A DNA stretch of 59,711 nt, taken from a virus (lineage: Duplodnaviria; Caudoviricetes). Below the pieces are notes generated by a model. The model was not told the DNA's origin, searched no databases, and saw nothing but the letters and a program-made list of their open reading frames with translations. Location of the stretch: positions 1-59,711 of the IMG/VR virus record IMGVR_UViG_3300008448_000085. One strand, given 5' to 3'. Position 1 is the first letter of the stretch, and each line of letters begins with the position of its first letter. The position numbers were made by a program, and so were the translations under genes. Positions 16,644 through 24,534 of this stretch are shown one piece after another.

Positions 16644-16908
16644 CGTTGTCCTCCGTGTCCACAAGGTAGTTACACCGGGCATGCGCCCACTCCTCAACAA
16701 AGCTGTCAACAAGGTTGTCCTTATCCTGGGTATTCAGCAGGCAGATGATTCCGCGGTCTTCCTCCGCGTCGAACTGGAACGTGCCCAGCGTGTTGTCCAT
16801 CTGCTTGCCCGACCGCAGGCATACCCGTACCGGAAACAGCAGGGGGAATCGGTTGTCCATCCACCGCTTCAGCCGCCGCAACAATTTCTTCCGCCAGTCT
16901 GGGTCCAT
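16564..16908 (-). CDS. SprT/zincin-like protein with EExxH variant motif
   Basis: FVEEWAH...HHHPTFW. Confidence 0.55.
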   Translation of the reverse strand: MDPDWRKKLLRRLKRWMDNRFPLLFPVRVCLRSGKQMDNTLGTFQFDAEEDRGIICLLNTQDKDNLVDSFVEEWAHARCNYLVDTEDNDADPHHHPTFWAEYGRIQRALREIAW

Positions 16909-17191
16909 CGGTGAGCCTCACAATAAGCAGCCAGTCCCTGCCGTTCCTGCGATGGAGGACAACCGGAACCTTGTCCCCGGCATCGCGAACGGCCTGATCC
17001 ATCCACCTATAGGGATTGCCTGCCTCGCACCGCTTGACCTCCAGATGTAGGTTTTCATGGGAGGAAACCACATCCGGCGACTCTGTTCCGCCAGCGAACT
17101 GCTGGCCACGCCGGGCCTGACCGCCAAAGATGGAGGCCCACTCCTTGGCTGCGTCCCTCTCGCCCCGGGCACCCTTGTCTCGGCTTCTCAT
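16721..17191 (-). CDS. Holliday junction resolvase, Hjc-like PD-(D/E)XK
   Basis: SRDKGARGER, SPDVV, LEVKR. Confidence 0.85.
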   Translation of the reverse strand: MRSRDKGARGERDAAKEWASIFGGQARRGQQFAGGTESPDVVSSHENLHLEVKRCEAGNPYRWMDQAVRDAGDKVPVVLHRRNGRDWLLIVRLTDGPRLAEEIVAAAEAVDGQPIPPAVSGTGMPAVGQADGQHAGHVPVRRGGRPRNHLPAEYPG

Positions 17192-17439
17192 CGCTTACAC
17201 CTCACGGTGATGAAGGTTCCGATGAACGCACCTGTGGCCAAGGGAAACAGGTACAGGATGTTCTTGGAGTAGGACACAACCCCAAAGGCCAAGAGGGAGT
17301 ACAGGACCGACGAGACGGCTGCCGCCTTAAGGGCGTTCCTCTCCTCCACGCAGATGATGTAGTAGGCGTAGAGCATGTCCACAACGATGTAGACCAGGAG
17401 GATCAGGGCGGCGGTTCCGAAAGAAAAATCGTCACTCAT
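17188..17439 (-). CDS. Small 3-TM membrane protein
   Basis: Hydrophobic throughout. Confidence 0.7.
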   Translation of the reverse strand: MSDDFSFGTAALILLVYIVVDMLYAYYIICVEERNALKAAAVSSVLYSLLAFGVVSYSKNILYLFPLATGAFIGTFITVRCKR

Positions 17440-17678
17440 TTATTCCACCTCGCATGCTGGAGTTGCGAGTGCCGGGCCTCTACTTCCTGGAGGTAGGGGA
17501 ACTGCTCAACGATGAGCTTCACCACCTCGCCCGACCGCTTCTTGTCCAGCACCCTGGCGTTCTGGTTGATCCACGTAGCCACGGGATTCCCCAGCTGCCG
17601 GTCGCGGCCTTCTGTCTCGGACTCCCACCAGTAGTCGATGGTGAAGGAGTTCGTCTTCACGCGGTCACCCGTCAGCAT
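17436..17678 (-). CDS. Hypothetical protein
   Basis: Coupled ORF. Confidence 0.6.
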   Translation of the reverse strand: MLTGDRVKTNSFTIDYWWESETEGRDRQLGNPVATWINQNARVLDKKRSGEVVKLIVEQFPYLQEVEARHSQLQHARWNK

Positions 17679-18048
17679 TGTCTGGCTCCCTGGAGGACAT
17701 GTAGGCGCCCATCACTTCCAGCATGTGGTGCGGCCTGTGTTTTCCGGCACCGACCGACAGGATGTAGGCCGACAGGGTTTCCCCGCTCTGGATGTCCGCG
17801 AGGTCGGCCACCAGCCGACCGTACTCGTCACGGATGCAGTCGTAGGGAATGAGCCTTAGCCGCTCGGCATCGGCGTGAATCTCGCACCAGTCAACGATGT
17901 GCTGCATGGCGTCATGGTGACACCACACGCCGGCCACGGTGACGGCCATCTCGTACCGCGACCGGGACAGGGGGCAGTACGTTTTGACCAGCAGCGTGTC
18001 ACTGCGGGTGACGCGGGAGATGGTGACTATGGGGTTCGACTCGTCCAT
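17665..18048 (-). CDS. Staphylococcal nuclease (thermonuclease)-like OB-fold protein
   Basis: DTL...VAGV...RDEYGRLVAD...ETLSAYILSVG. Confidence 0.65.
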   Translation of the reverse strand: MDESNPIVTISRVTRSDTLLVKTYCPLSRSRYEMAVTVAGVWCHHDAMQHIVDWCEIHADAERLRLIPYDCIRDEYGRLVADLADIQSGETLSAYILSVGAGKHRPHHMLEVMGAYMSSREPDNADG

Positions 18049-18425
18049 GATCCGACGTTGCGCTCTCGTTCCTTGAGGTAGAAGTCAGGCAGTGGGGCCG
18101 GCTCGTAACCGAGATGCTTCTTGTGCTTGAGGTAAGCCAGGAACTCAGGGCCATAGTTATCCGGGTCACACTCCTGCTTGAGGCCTAATAGTATACGCTT
18201 GTTCAGTTCCGGAAAGCAACCGACAATCTTGCCACTGTGGTAGATGCCGTGACAGCGGTCGCAGAGTCTCAAGTAATTCCGCACATCATGCTTGCGACCC
18301 GCGCCGCCGATGATGTGATGGACCTCCAAGCTGCGCCGGCCATCTGACTCAGGCCAGTGGCACACAGCACAACAGCGATGCTCGGCCACCCATTCCAGAA
18401 GGGCGGCACGTTCAGCCTTGTTCAT
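18027..18425 (-). CDS. HNH endonuclease
   Basis: CAVC...LEVHHI...NYLRLCDRCH. Confidence 0.85.
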   Translation of the reverse strand: MNKAERAALLEWVAEHRCCAVCHWPESDGRRSLEVHHIIGGAGRKHDVRNYLRLCDRCHGIYHSGKIVGCFPELNKRILLGLKQECDPDNYGPEFLAYLKHKKHLGYEPAPLPDFYLKERERNVGSWTSRTP

Positions 18426-18855
18426 TCTGTCTCTCCAGATCGCGAGACAGGTATTGGATGGCGCGCGACAGCCTGGACATGCACTCCCCATGCTCACCAG
18501 ACATGGCGATGTTGCAGAGGTGGCAGACAACGCCACGCACATGGCCAAGGTTGTGGCAGTGATCTATCCGAAGATCGGAACCGACTAGCGGTTTGCCGCA
18601 GCACTGGCAGTTGGGAACCTGCCAGAAAGCAAAGACCTCATCAACCGAAACCTTGTAATTGAGCGCTACCTTCTTGGCCCGATACAGAATCGGATCGGCC
18701 TTGCGCTTGCGACACTGCGACTCGCGAACCTTCCGGCACACGCATTCCTTGCAGTGCCAGTTCAATCCATCCGGGGTTTTGGCCCGCTTGCCAAACGCGC
18801 TGATCGGCTTGTCCTCGCCGCAGCTGGGGCACCTTTTCCGTGCTTCAGATATCAC
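18412..18855 (-). CDS. Endonuclease VII-like nuclease with N-terminal Zn finger
   Basis: CPSC...CKEC; CQCC...IDHCH..GHVRGVVCHLCN. Confidence 0.85.
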   Translation of the reverse strand: MISEARKRCPSCGEDKPISAFGKRAKTPDGLNWHCKECVCRKVRESQCRKRKADPILYRAKKVALNYKVSVDEVFAFWQVPNCQCCGKPLVGSDLRIDHCHNLGHVRGVVCHLCNIAMSGEHGECMSRLSRAIQYLSRDLERQNEQG

Positions 18856-18892
18856 GCTCCTTCATCGTTCCTACCTCCGTAGGGCGTGGCGT

Positions 18893-18920
18893 AGTGTACG
18901 GGCGATCACTTTTGAGTCAA
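18893..18920 (-). promoter_or_regulatory. Promoter TTGACT-N16-TACACT
   Basis: Upstream of EndoVII gene; identical boxes at 50551-50578. Confidence 0.65.
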
Positions 18921-18929
18921 CATTAGATC

Positions 18930-19240
18930 GCGAAGAGGCGCAGTGACTCCCAGCGAAAACGCCGGAAGTCAATCGCTTAGACCGCGATTTCGGCGGCAGC
19001 GACAGGATGCTGATTGTTTAACGCCGTTGTATCCTTCTCTCCCAGACACGGCGCTTGCGGTTGGCTGTGGCCCGGGGAGGGCGGAGTCACCAGTTCCCAT
19101 CCCCTCAGTCGCAAGAGTTCGGATGGATTGCCTTCCGGCGGGTCACATCCGTGTTGCCCCCTCTTGTTACATCCCATGCGGGACAGGTTGGCGGGGAGCC
19201 GATCTGCAGGCCATGTGCCCTTCCGCGGGCTATGTCGGTC
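18930..19240 (-). ncRNA. Putative ~310-nt structured non-coding RNA
   Basis: Own promoter, no credible ORF, many stems, GNRA loop, long-range 8-bp pairing. Confidence 0.6.
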
Positions 19241-19243
19241 CAA

Positions 19244-19271
19244 ATAATAACAGACTGTCTTCCTGAGTCAA
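19244..19271 (-). promoter_or_regulatory. Promoter TTGACT-N16-TATTAT
   Basis: Points into the 18930-19240 non-coding gap. Confidence 0.65.
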
Positions 19272-19960
19272 ATCGTCGCCAAGCCCTCTGGCGTGGCCCC
19301 AGAAGGCTGCATGCCTCCAGGCGGTACAGCCACCCCAGAAATAGTGGACGCCCGTCCAGCGTCACCTGCGGGCCTGTAATAGTATCTCTCGTCTTGGCTG
19401 ACATCCCACTCGCAGGACTCAGCCTGATAAATGTCCTTCTGCACCCGGTATCCGCACGCCACAGGATCGGGTGTGGCACCGCAGAAGTAGCCGTCCTTCC
19501 ATGCTATGCGATTGGTCGGCAGGGCCGCGAGGTTGCCGTCCTCCAAGGCCATGACATGGGCGCACTTGTTCTGTTCCGGCGTCAGTGTAAAGCCAGGGCG
19601 CTCTGACGAGTTGGGCAACCAATCGACTGTAAACAGGTAGCTGCCGGGGGCTTTGCCGGATCGCAGGTAGCAGTCTGCCTGATGATCTCTTAGGTACGAA
19701 AACACCGTCACAACCGGACGGTCGCTGAAGCAGTCCCAAAGCTGAACATCCCCCAGCGGTCGGCCGGCATGGCCGGTCAACGTCAGGGCATGGATTGGAA
19801 CCCCGCGGTAGTGCGCCCCTGATTTCAGCATGACATGAAAGCCCAGCGCCCTCCCGGTAATGGATTGTATGGCGAAGGCATAGGCCTCTTCATGTCCGGA
19901 GTTCTTGCTGATGAACTCTCGCCTGACGAAACAGCTCAGATACGGGATGTCAGCGTTCAT
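19268..19960 (-). CDS. Conserved hypothetical phage protein (NADIP...PIHAL...QLWDCFS...YLFTVDW)
   Basis: Motifs recurrent in aquatic phages. Confidence 0.75.
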   Translation of the reverse strand: MNADIPYLSCFVRREFISKNSGHEEAYAFAIQSITGRALGFHVMLKSGAHYRGVPIHALTLTGHAGRPLGDVQLWDCFSDRPVVTVFSYLRDHQADCYLRSGKAPGSYLFTVDWLPNSSERPGFTLTPEQNKCAHVMALEDGNLAALPTNRIAWKDGYFCGATPDPVACGYRVQKDIYQAESCEWDVSQDERYYYRPAGDAGRASTISGVAVPPGGMQPSGATPEGLATI

Positions 19961-20180
19961 CAATCTTCCACGCCTCTTCGCAGTCGAACACATTCGGCGC
20001 CCGCTCCCCGGCCTGTGACATGTCCACCACCCCCGGGTAGTGACGCATGAGCCGGCGAGCCTCATCGCGTACGTGGCGGGGGATTTTCTTGTATCCATCC
20101 GGCAGGCTGGGGTGCATCAGCCGCAGGAGAAAGCCCCTGGTGCTAAGGACTGATCGGGTTCGCTGGCTGGGAAGAGTCAT
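19950..20180 (-). CDS. BPSL0761-like small protein
   Basis: MTLPSQRTRSV...FLLRL...VRDEARRLMRHYP. Confidence 0.7.
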   Translation of the reverse strand: MTLPSQRTRSVLSTRGFLLRLMHPSLPDGYKKIPRHVRDEARRLMRHYPGVVDMSQAGERAPNVFDCEEAWKIDER

Positions 20181-20243
20181 GTGGTCACCAGAACGTATTA
20201 GAAAACGTGCGGTTTGCGTTGCTTTTCAATCATGACTGGGGTG

Positions 20244-20279
20244 TTACGCAGCAGCGTGCTGCATAATTGCTGGTTCTCA
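20244..20279 (+). mobile_element. Degenerate att half-site (left cassette boundary)
   Basis: Hairpin TTACGCAGCA/TGCTGCATAA + 6 bp + GTTCTCA (20273-20279), complementary to TGAGAAC at 20557. Confidence 0.5.
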
Positions 20280-20543
20280 GTCCCGATACTTCGCCTTGAG
20301 CGCCTTTAGCACCTTGCCTGCCGTTGTGTGTCCAGCCGCCGTCATCTCCAATCCGCCCAATAGAAAACCAGTCTGCTCGGCATACTTGCCCATCATTGTG
20401 ACCGCTTGATGCGCCGCTTCGCTCTGCCGCTTCAGCAACGCCCGAAGGGCTACGATCTCGTCGCGGGCATCATGGAGCGTCTCGCCGGCGTCTTCCGCTT
20501 CCCCGTCCTCCAGCCATCGGCTGATGCGTGTCACAACGTCCAT
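20277..20543 (-). CDS. Hypothetical protein inside putative cassette
   Basis: MDVVTRI...DARDEIVALR; stop codon lies in the GTTCTCA box. Confidence 0.7.
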   Translation of the reverse strand: MDVVTRISRWLEDGEAEDAGETLHDARDEIVALRALLKRQSEAAHQAVTMMGKYAEQTGFLLGGLEMTAAGHTTAGKVLKALKAKYRD

Positions 20544-20556
20544 GTCACTTTTCCCA

Positions 20557-20605
20557 TGAGAACCACGCGATGCAGCGGACGAGCCGCTGATCGCTGGCGT
20601 TCTCA
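20557..20605 (+). mobile_element. Integron attC-like recombination site (49 bp)
   Basis: R'' TGAGAAC-5 bp-L'' GATGCAGC (extra base)-9 nt-L' GCTGATC-6 bp-R' GTTCTCA. Confidence 0.7.
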
Positions 20606-20935
20606 TCCCCGCGTCCGCTCCAGCAAGGAGCGAAGTACGCCCGCTCTGTCTGACCACAGGCCGGCAAACGATTGCCGTCCATCGCATGCCGTGTTCAGCT
20701 CCTCCTCAACCTTGCATGCGGCAACAGCCATCTTGATGGCTGCCCGCTCCGCGTCGGTGAGCGGACTTCCCTTCACGCTCCACTCTTCGACTTCAAACTC
20801 CATGAACCCGCGACGGGCGTTCTCTTCGGCGACGTGGGCGTTTGCCGCCTCTTCGGTGGCGAAGATGTCAAACAGGTGCCACTCGTCTCCGTCCTCGCCG
20901 CTGCCGCCGTTGGTCACTAGCCATACGCTCGTCAT
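20603..20935 (-). CDS. Hypothetical protein (LTDAERAAI...LRSLLERT tail)
   Basis: Stop codon inside attC R'; shares C-terminal module with next gene. Confidence 0.7.
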   Translation of the reverse strand: MTSVWLVTNGGSGEDGDEWHLFDIFATEEAANAHVAEENARRGFMEFEVEEWSVKGSPLTDAERAAIKMAVAACKVEEELNTACDGRQSFAGLWSDRAGVLRSLLERTRG

Positions 20936-21300
20936 TTGGTTCTCTCCAGCAGTCTTCGCAGCGTGTCAGCGTACAGCCCGTCGCGCCCGTACCCGGCATA
21001 CCACTCTATGGCCTCACGCTCCTTAGCAGTGAGCGTCAAGTTTTCTTGCAAGGAATCTTGACAGTCCATCTGGATGATCACATCGCCATTGACCACTGAC
21101 AGCGTGGCGTCTTGGTCTGCGATGCGGCGGATCGCCTCCTTGAGGCTCGCGATCTCACGGCAGGCCCCGGCGCTGGAGTGGGCGTAGGTTTCGCACACCG
21201 TCACCAATCGCTCAATCTCATCGGCCGCTTCGTCGCAGAGCTTGTCTATAGCCTTGAACGAATACGCCCTATCCCGCAGGGAGTCCGTGAGTTTAGTCAT
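20932..21300 (-). CDS. Hypothetical protein (EAADEIERL; LTAKEREAI...LRRLLERT)
   Basis: ATGA coupling; recurrent phage motifs. Confidence 0.7.
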   Translation of the reverse strand: MTKLTDSLRDRAYSFKAIDKLCDEAADEIERLVTVCETYAHSSAGACREIASLKEAIRRIADQDATLSVVNGDVIIQMDCQDSLQENLTLTAKEREAIEWYAGYGRDGLYADTLRRLLERTK

Positions 21301-21378
21301 GGGTCATCATCAACAGGGAGGAAATCCAGATCAGTACTATTAGGAACAGGTCGGTCGGCATGGCGTCGATGTATTCCA

Positions 21379-21516
21379 TCACTCCCCCCAGACGTTAATG
21401 ACCTTGGCCTGGAGGCGTGTTACCTCGGCCTCCAATATCAGGATGCGTGCGCGCAACATAGCGTTCTCGCTCTTCAGTCTCTCCACCTCCTGAGAGGAAT
21501 AGTCCTGCGTCTCCAT
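21379..21516 (-). CDS. Small coiled-coil protein
   Basis: METQDYSSQEVERLKSENAMLRARI... Confidence 0.45.
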   Translation of the reverse strand: METQDYSSQEVERLKSENAMLRARILILEAEVTRLQAKVINVWGE

Positions 21517-22000
21517 CGACAAGGTCCAGATAGTGATGTGGGTATAGGAGGTCCGTGAGTTGGCTGGCCGGTCGCAAGAACTTCTTGGGGGCGACGAGCG
21601 TGGGGACATCATGCTTTCGCCCCCGGTCGTAAACCGTCTGCTCCTGCCAAGATTTGTCCCGATCAAGGGGAGTGAGCCACACCCACTCTCCGGTTGGCTT
21701 GGAGATGTAGATGTAGGCGAGGTGCTGCAGTCGCTCTCGTCCAAGACCTCGCATGTCATCAACGAAGACTGTGTCATAGGGGTAATCCTCCGGGGATGTG
21801 AATGTCAGGGACCGCTCCTTGATCTCTAGGCTGAACAGGCCAAGAGCATCGGGTGTCTCAACGTGATCCTTGTTCTTGTTGTGAACCCGCACTACCAGCT
21901 TCTTGCCGTGAGCCACCGACCGACCGGCCTCGCGAACAGACTCAACCCAGTTGCGTTCGGCTCGGTGCCCACCCTCAAGCGCTGAACGAAATGAACGCAT
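21395..22000 (-). CDS. PD-(D/E)XK nuclease-fold protein
   Basis: TPDAL...SLEIKER; GGAGGG RBS. Confidence 0.65.
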   Translation of the reverse strand: MRSFRSALEGGHRAERNWVESVREAGRSVAHGKKLVVRVHNKNKDHVETPDALGLFSLEIKERSLTFTSPEDYPYDTVFVDDMRGLGRERLQHLAYIYISKPTGEWVWLTPLDRDKSWQEQTVYDRGRKHDVPTLVAPKKFLRPASQLTDLLYPHHYLDLVDGDAGLFLSGGGETEERERYVARTHPDIGGRGNTPPGQGH

Positions 22001-22502
22001 TACCCCTCCATGAGACGGCCCGTATGGATATGGGAGATGGCGGGGTGTCCAGGTCGGACCTCCTGCCACCACCAAGCACGCGCTTGGATCGAAGCTCGGA
22101 CGCCAAGCGGTACACCTCCGCAAGGTCCGGGTCGCCGGGCTGAACGCCATCGTCCAGGTACTCCAAGTCCCAGCGGATCGGCTCGGCCTCGCGGATTTCG
22201 TCGGCCCATTCCCTTACAGTCGCAGCCCAGGTCGGCGACCGATCAAAGATTTCCGCGATGTCATCGTTGTCCAGGCCGTGATCCCGCATCACCACCAGGG
22301 CGAGGCGCTCAGGGCTTGGCACGCACGGCAAGCTCCGCAGCAGACGGGCCGCTCCGCGAATTTGCTCCCGGGGGAATCCCATCGTCCTGGCCACCTTCTC
22401 GGTCGCCTCCTTGTTCACCACAATCCGACGCCACAGGTCGGGGGCGAAAGCCAAAGCATGCCTTAACCGAATCCCACAGTCGGCTCCAAAAGCCTCGCTC
22501 AT
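21975..22502 (-). CDS. Helix-turn-helix DNA-binding protein
   Basis: EKVARTMGFPREQI and DDIAEIFDRSPTWA; GGAGG RBS. Confidence 0.6.
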   Translation of the reverse strand: MSEAFGADCGIRLRHALAFAPDLWRRIVVNKEATEKVARTMGFPREQIRGAARLLRSLPCVPSPERLALVVMRDHGLDNDDIAEIFDRSPTWAATVREWADEIREAEPIRWDLEYLDDGVQPGDPDLAEVYRLASELRSKRVLGGGRRSDLDTPPSPISIRAVSWRGNAFISFSA

Positions 22503-22614
22503 CTCTTTCCTCCTTGACGAACGTAACGGGAAAAACGTGATCAACTTCAAACTGATCCAAGATGCCTTGGAGCGTGTCATCCAACAGAGCATCAGGACGC
22601 TCTTGTGAGTCCAT
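22309..22614 (-). CDS. Hypothetical protein, overlaps next gene
   Basis: Starts at the helicase 3' end. Confidence 0.4.
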   Translation of the reverse strand: MDSQERPDALLDDTLQGILDQFEVDHVFPVTFVKEERDERGFWSRLWDSVKACFGFRPRPVASDCGEQGGDREGGQDDGIPPGANSRSGPSAAELAVRAKP

Positions 22615-23626
22615 GCCTTCGGTCCCTTTCCTTCTTGAACAAGCCTTTGACCCAGCCGTTGATGCCGGGATTGTTGACGGCCCAGTTGATGTAGTGGTCT
22701 GGCAGTTGCGACATCTTCAATCCGCCGTACTTCCCCTTGAGCGGGTTCATGTACGTGCCGACCGGCCGCTTGCCGCGCCACTGGATGTCGATGTCGCTGC
22801 CAACCACCCGTCCGGAAGCGCGGCCTTCAGTGGCCCGACGCATGGCTTCGATCTGCTGGGCAGCCAAGCGGCGCTCCAGCTCCTGCGCAGCCAGGGCATC
22901 CATCTCTTCCGGCGTCAGCGGCTCTTTGGCAGCCCGCTCGCGGATGACCTTCTTCGTCTCGCCGTCAGCCTCGCAGAACATGTCCACGGCGGTGATCAGC
23001 GAGTGGTCGATGGACCCGGTGGTGCAGTCAACAATCTTGAACCGCGTCTTCTTGCTGGCGGCAATCGCCGCCTTGCGTGACTCCGCGGTGCTGTTTGGGA
23101 AATCCACCACACCCGGGAGAGGGCGGGTCGCCCGGCCGACGCACTGCAGCCAGAACGACCTTGAGCGGGTGGGCCTGCCAAGGATCAGCGTGGCCGTAGG
23201 TGGATAGTCAAAACCCACGGCAACCACTTGGCAGTTGCACAGGACCTGCACCTCGCCCGACTTGAATCTCCGCAGCGCTTCAGCCCGCTCCTCTTCCGGC
23301 TGGGTGCCGTACACGTAGACGGCCGGCACGCCGTAGTTGTTGGTCAAATAATGAGCCACGCCCTTGGAACCGTTGACACTGGCGGTGAAGACCACGGTCT
23401 GGCCCTCACGCTCTTCGGCCGTGATCTGGCACACGCGGTGATGGGTACGTTCCTTGTCCATCTCTTCCTGCAGCGCCTTCTGCGCAAAGTCCCCGCCAAC
23501 GATCTTCACGCCCGACAAATCCAACGACTCCACCCGCGCTAGTCGGCAAACAGGGGGCACGGCCCATCCGTTGGCGATGGCCCACTGCATGTCGTATCCG
23601 CCGACGAGCTGTTCGTAGAATTGCAT
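22592..23626 (-). CDS. SF2 helicase, C-terminal (RecA2) half
   Basis: QTVVFT, NCQVVAVGFDYP (motif V), QCVGRATR (motif VI); GGAGGGAG just upstream. Confidence 0.85.
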   Translation of the reverse strand: MQFYEQLVGGYDMQWAIANGWAVPPVCRLARVESLDLSGVKIVGGDFAQKALQEEMDKERTHHRVCQITAEEREGQTVVFTASVNGSKGVAHYLTNNYGVPAVYVYGTQPEEERAEALRRFKSGEVQVLCNCQVVAVGFDYPPTATLILGRPTRSRSFWLQCVGRATRPLPGVVDFPNSTAESRKAAIAASKKTRFKIVDCTTGSIDHSLITAVDMFCEADGETKKVIRERAAKEPLTPEEMDALAAQELERRLAAQQIEAMRRATEGRASGRVVGSDIDIQWRGKRPVGTYMNPLKGKYGGLKMSQLPDHYINWAVNNPGINGWVKGLFKKERDRRHGLTRAS

Positions 23627-24129
23627 TGCTCCCTCCGAAGCATTGGTTTACCGTCCATCCGGAACGGGGTTGCCGTAAACCCGGCGACCATGGCCCCCTT
23701 CTCTTGGAAATGCCTGAGCATCTCCACCACGGGATCGCTGCACATCATGTGTGCCTCGTCCACAATCACCAGCTCAAAGTCAGTGAACCGCTCGTAGCGT
23801 TTCTGTCCTCCACGCCGAGACAGCAGCGTCTGCTTTGATGCCACCACAACCTTGGGCGTGAACCATTCGTCCGATCCCGCCCGGTACTCCGCCATCTCAA
23901 CGTCAGGGTCTTCCTCCAGAATCTCGCGGACCTTATCCACCGCCTGCCACAGCAACTCGCGCAGGGGGACGATGATCAACGTGCGGCCTGCCATGCGATT
24001 AGCGAGGCTGCAGAAGATCACCGTCTTCCCGGCGCCAGTGAACACATGATTCAACGTGGACTTCACTCCCGACCGCTTGGCCTGGAGGTTGTCTTCGATG
24101 ATCTGGTCTTGGTAGTCGCGGAGTAACAT
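23539..24129 (-). CDS. SF2 helicase, N-terminal (RecA1) half
   Basis: LRDYQ, TGAGKT, DEAH, TATP motifs. Confidence 0.88.
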   Translation of the reverse strand: MLLRDYQDQIIEDNLQAKRSGVKSTLNHVFTGAGKTVIFCSLANRMAGRTLIIVPLRELLWQAVDKVREILEEDPDVEMAEYRAGSDEWFTPKVVVASKQTLLSRRGGQKRYERFTDFELVIVDEAHMMCSDPVVEMLRHFQEKGAMVAGFTATPFRMDGKPMLRREQCNSTNSSSADTTCSGPSPTDGPCPLFAD

Positions 24130-24143
24130 CGCTCATCCTTGAG

Positions 24144-24182
24144 AGAAACCCGGGGGCTGGGAGGAGGTGCCCAACCCCCGGG
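24144..24182 (-). terminator. Intrinsic terminator after ssb
   Basis: CCCGGGGG...CCCCCGGG stem + TTTCT on minus strand. Confidence 0.55.
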
Positions 24183-24195
24183 CGGCGCGCACTTA

Positions 24196-24534
24196 TCAAC
24201 GGAAGTCGGACGCGAACTCTTCCTCCACAGCCTCGCGGCGCTTGCCACCGCAGAGCTGCACCTTCATCGCCCGGACGATCTTGCGGCTCTTCCGCTCACC
24301 GTCCTTCTCCCAGGACTGCGTCTGAATCTCCCCCTCCACCAGCACCTGAGTGCCGCGGGTGAGGTACTCCATCACGCCGCCCGGCTTCCACATCTCGCAG
24401 TCGAAGTACTCCACGGAGTCCTTGTAGCCATTGACGGCCACAGAGAACTTCGCCACCTCCGACTCGCCGGCCATCCGAGACTCGGCGTCCTTGGTCAGAT
24501 TGCCAAGGCAAATGAACCGCTGATACCCACTCAT
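24196..24534 (-). CDS. ssb: Single-stranded DNA-binding protein
   Basis: LGNLTKDAE...YLTRGTQVLVEGEI; acidic C-tail. Confidence 0.92.
   Translation of the reverse strand: MSGYQRFICLGNLTKDAESRMAGESEVAKFSVAVNGYKDSVEYFDCEMWKPGGVMEYLTRGTQVLVEGEIQTQSWEKDGERKSRKIVRAMKVQLCGGKRREAVEEEFASDFR

Noticed and set aside
18977-19243. 88-aa ORF in the ncRNA gap
   Set aside because: TTG start with no RBS and a non-protein-like sequence; the RNA structure explains the region better.
23620-23645. Canonical -1 programmed frameshift
   Set aside because: No X XXY YYZ heptamer; kept only as one option in the split-helicase finding.
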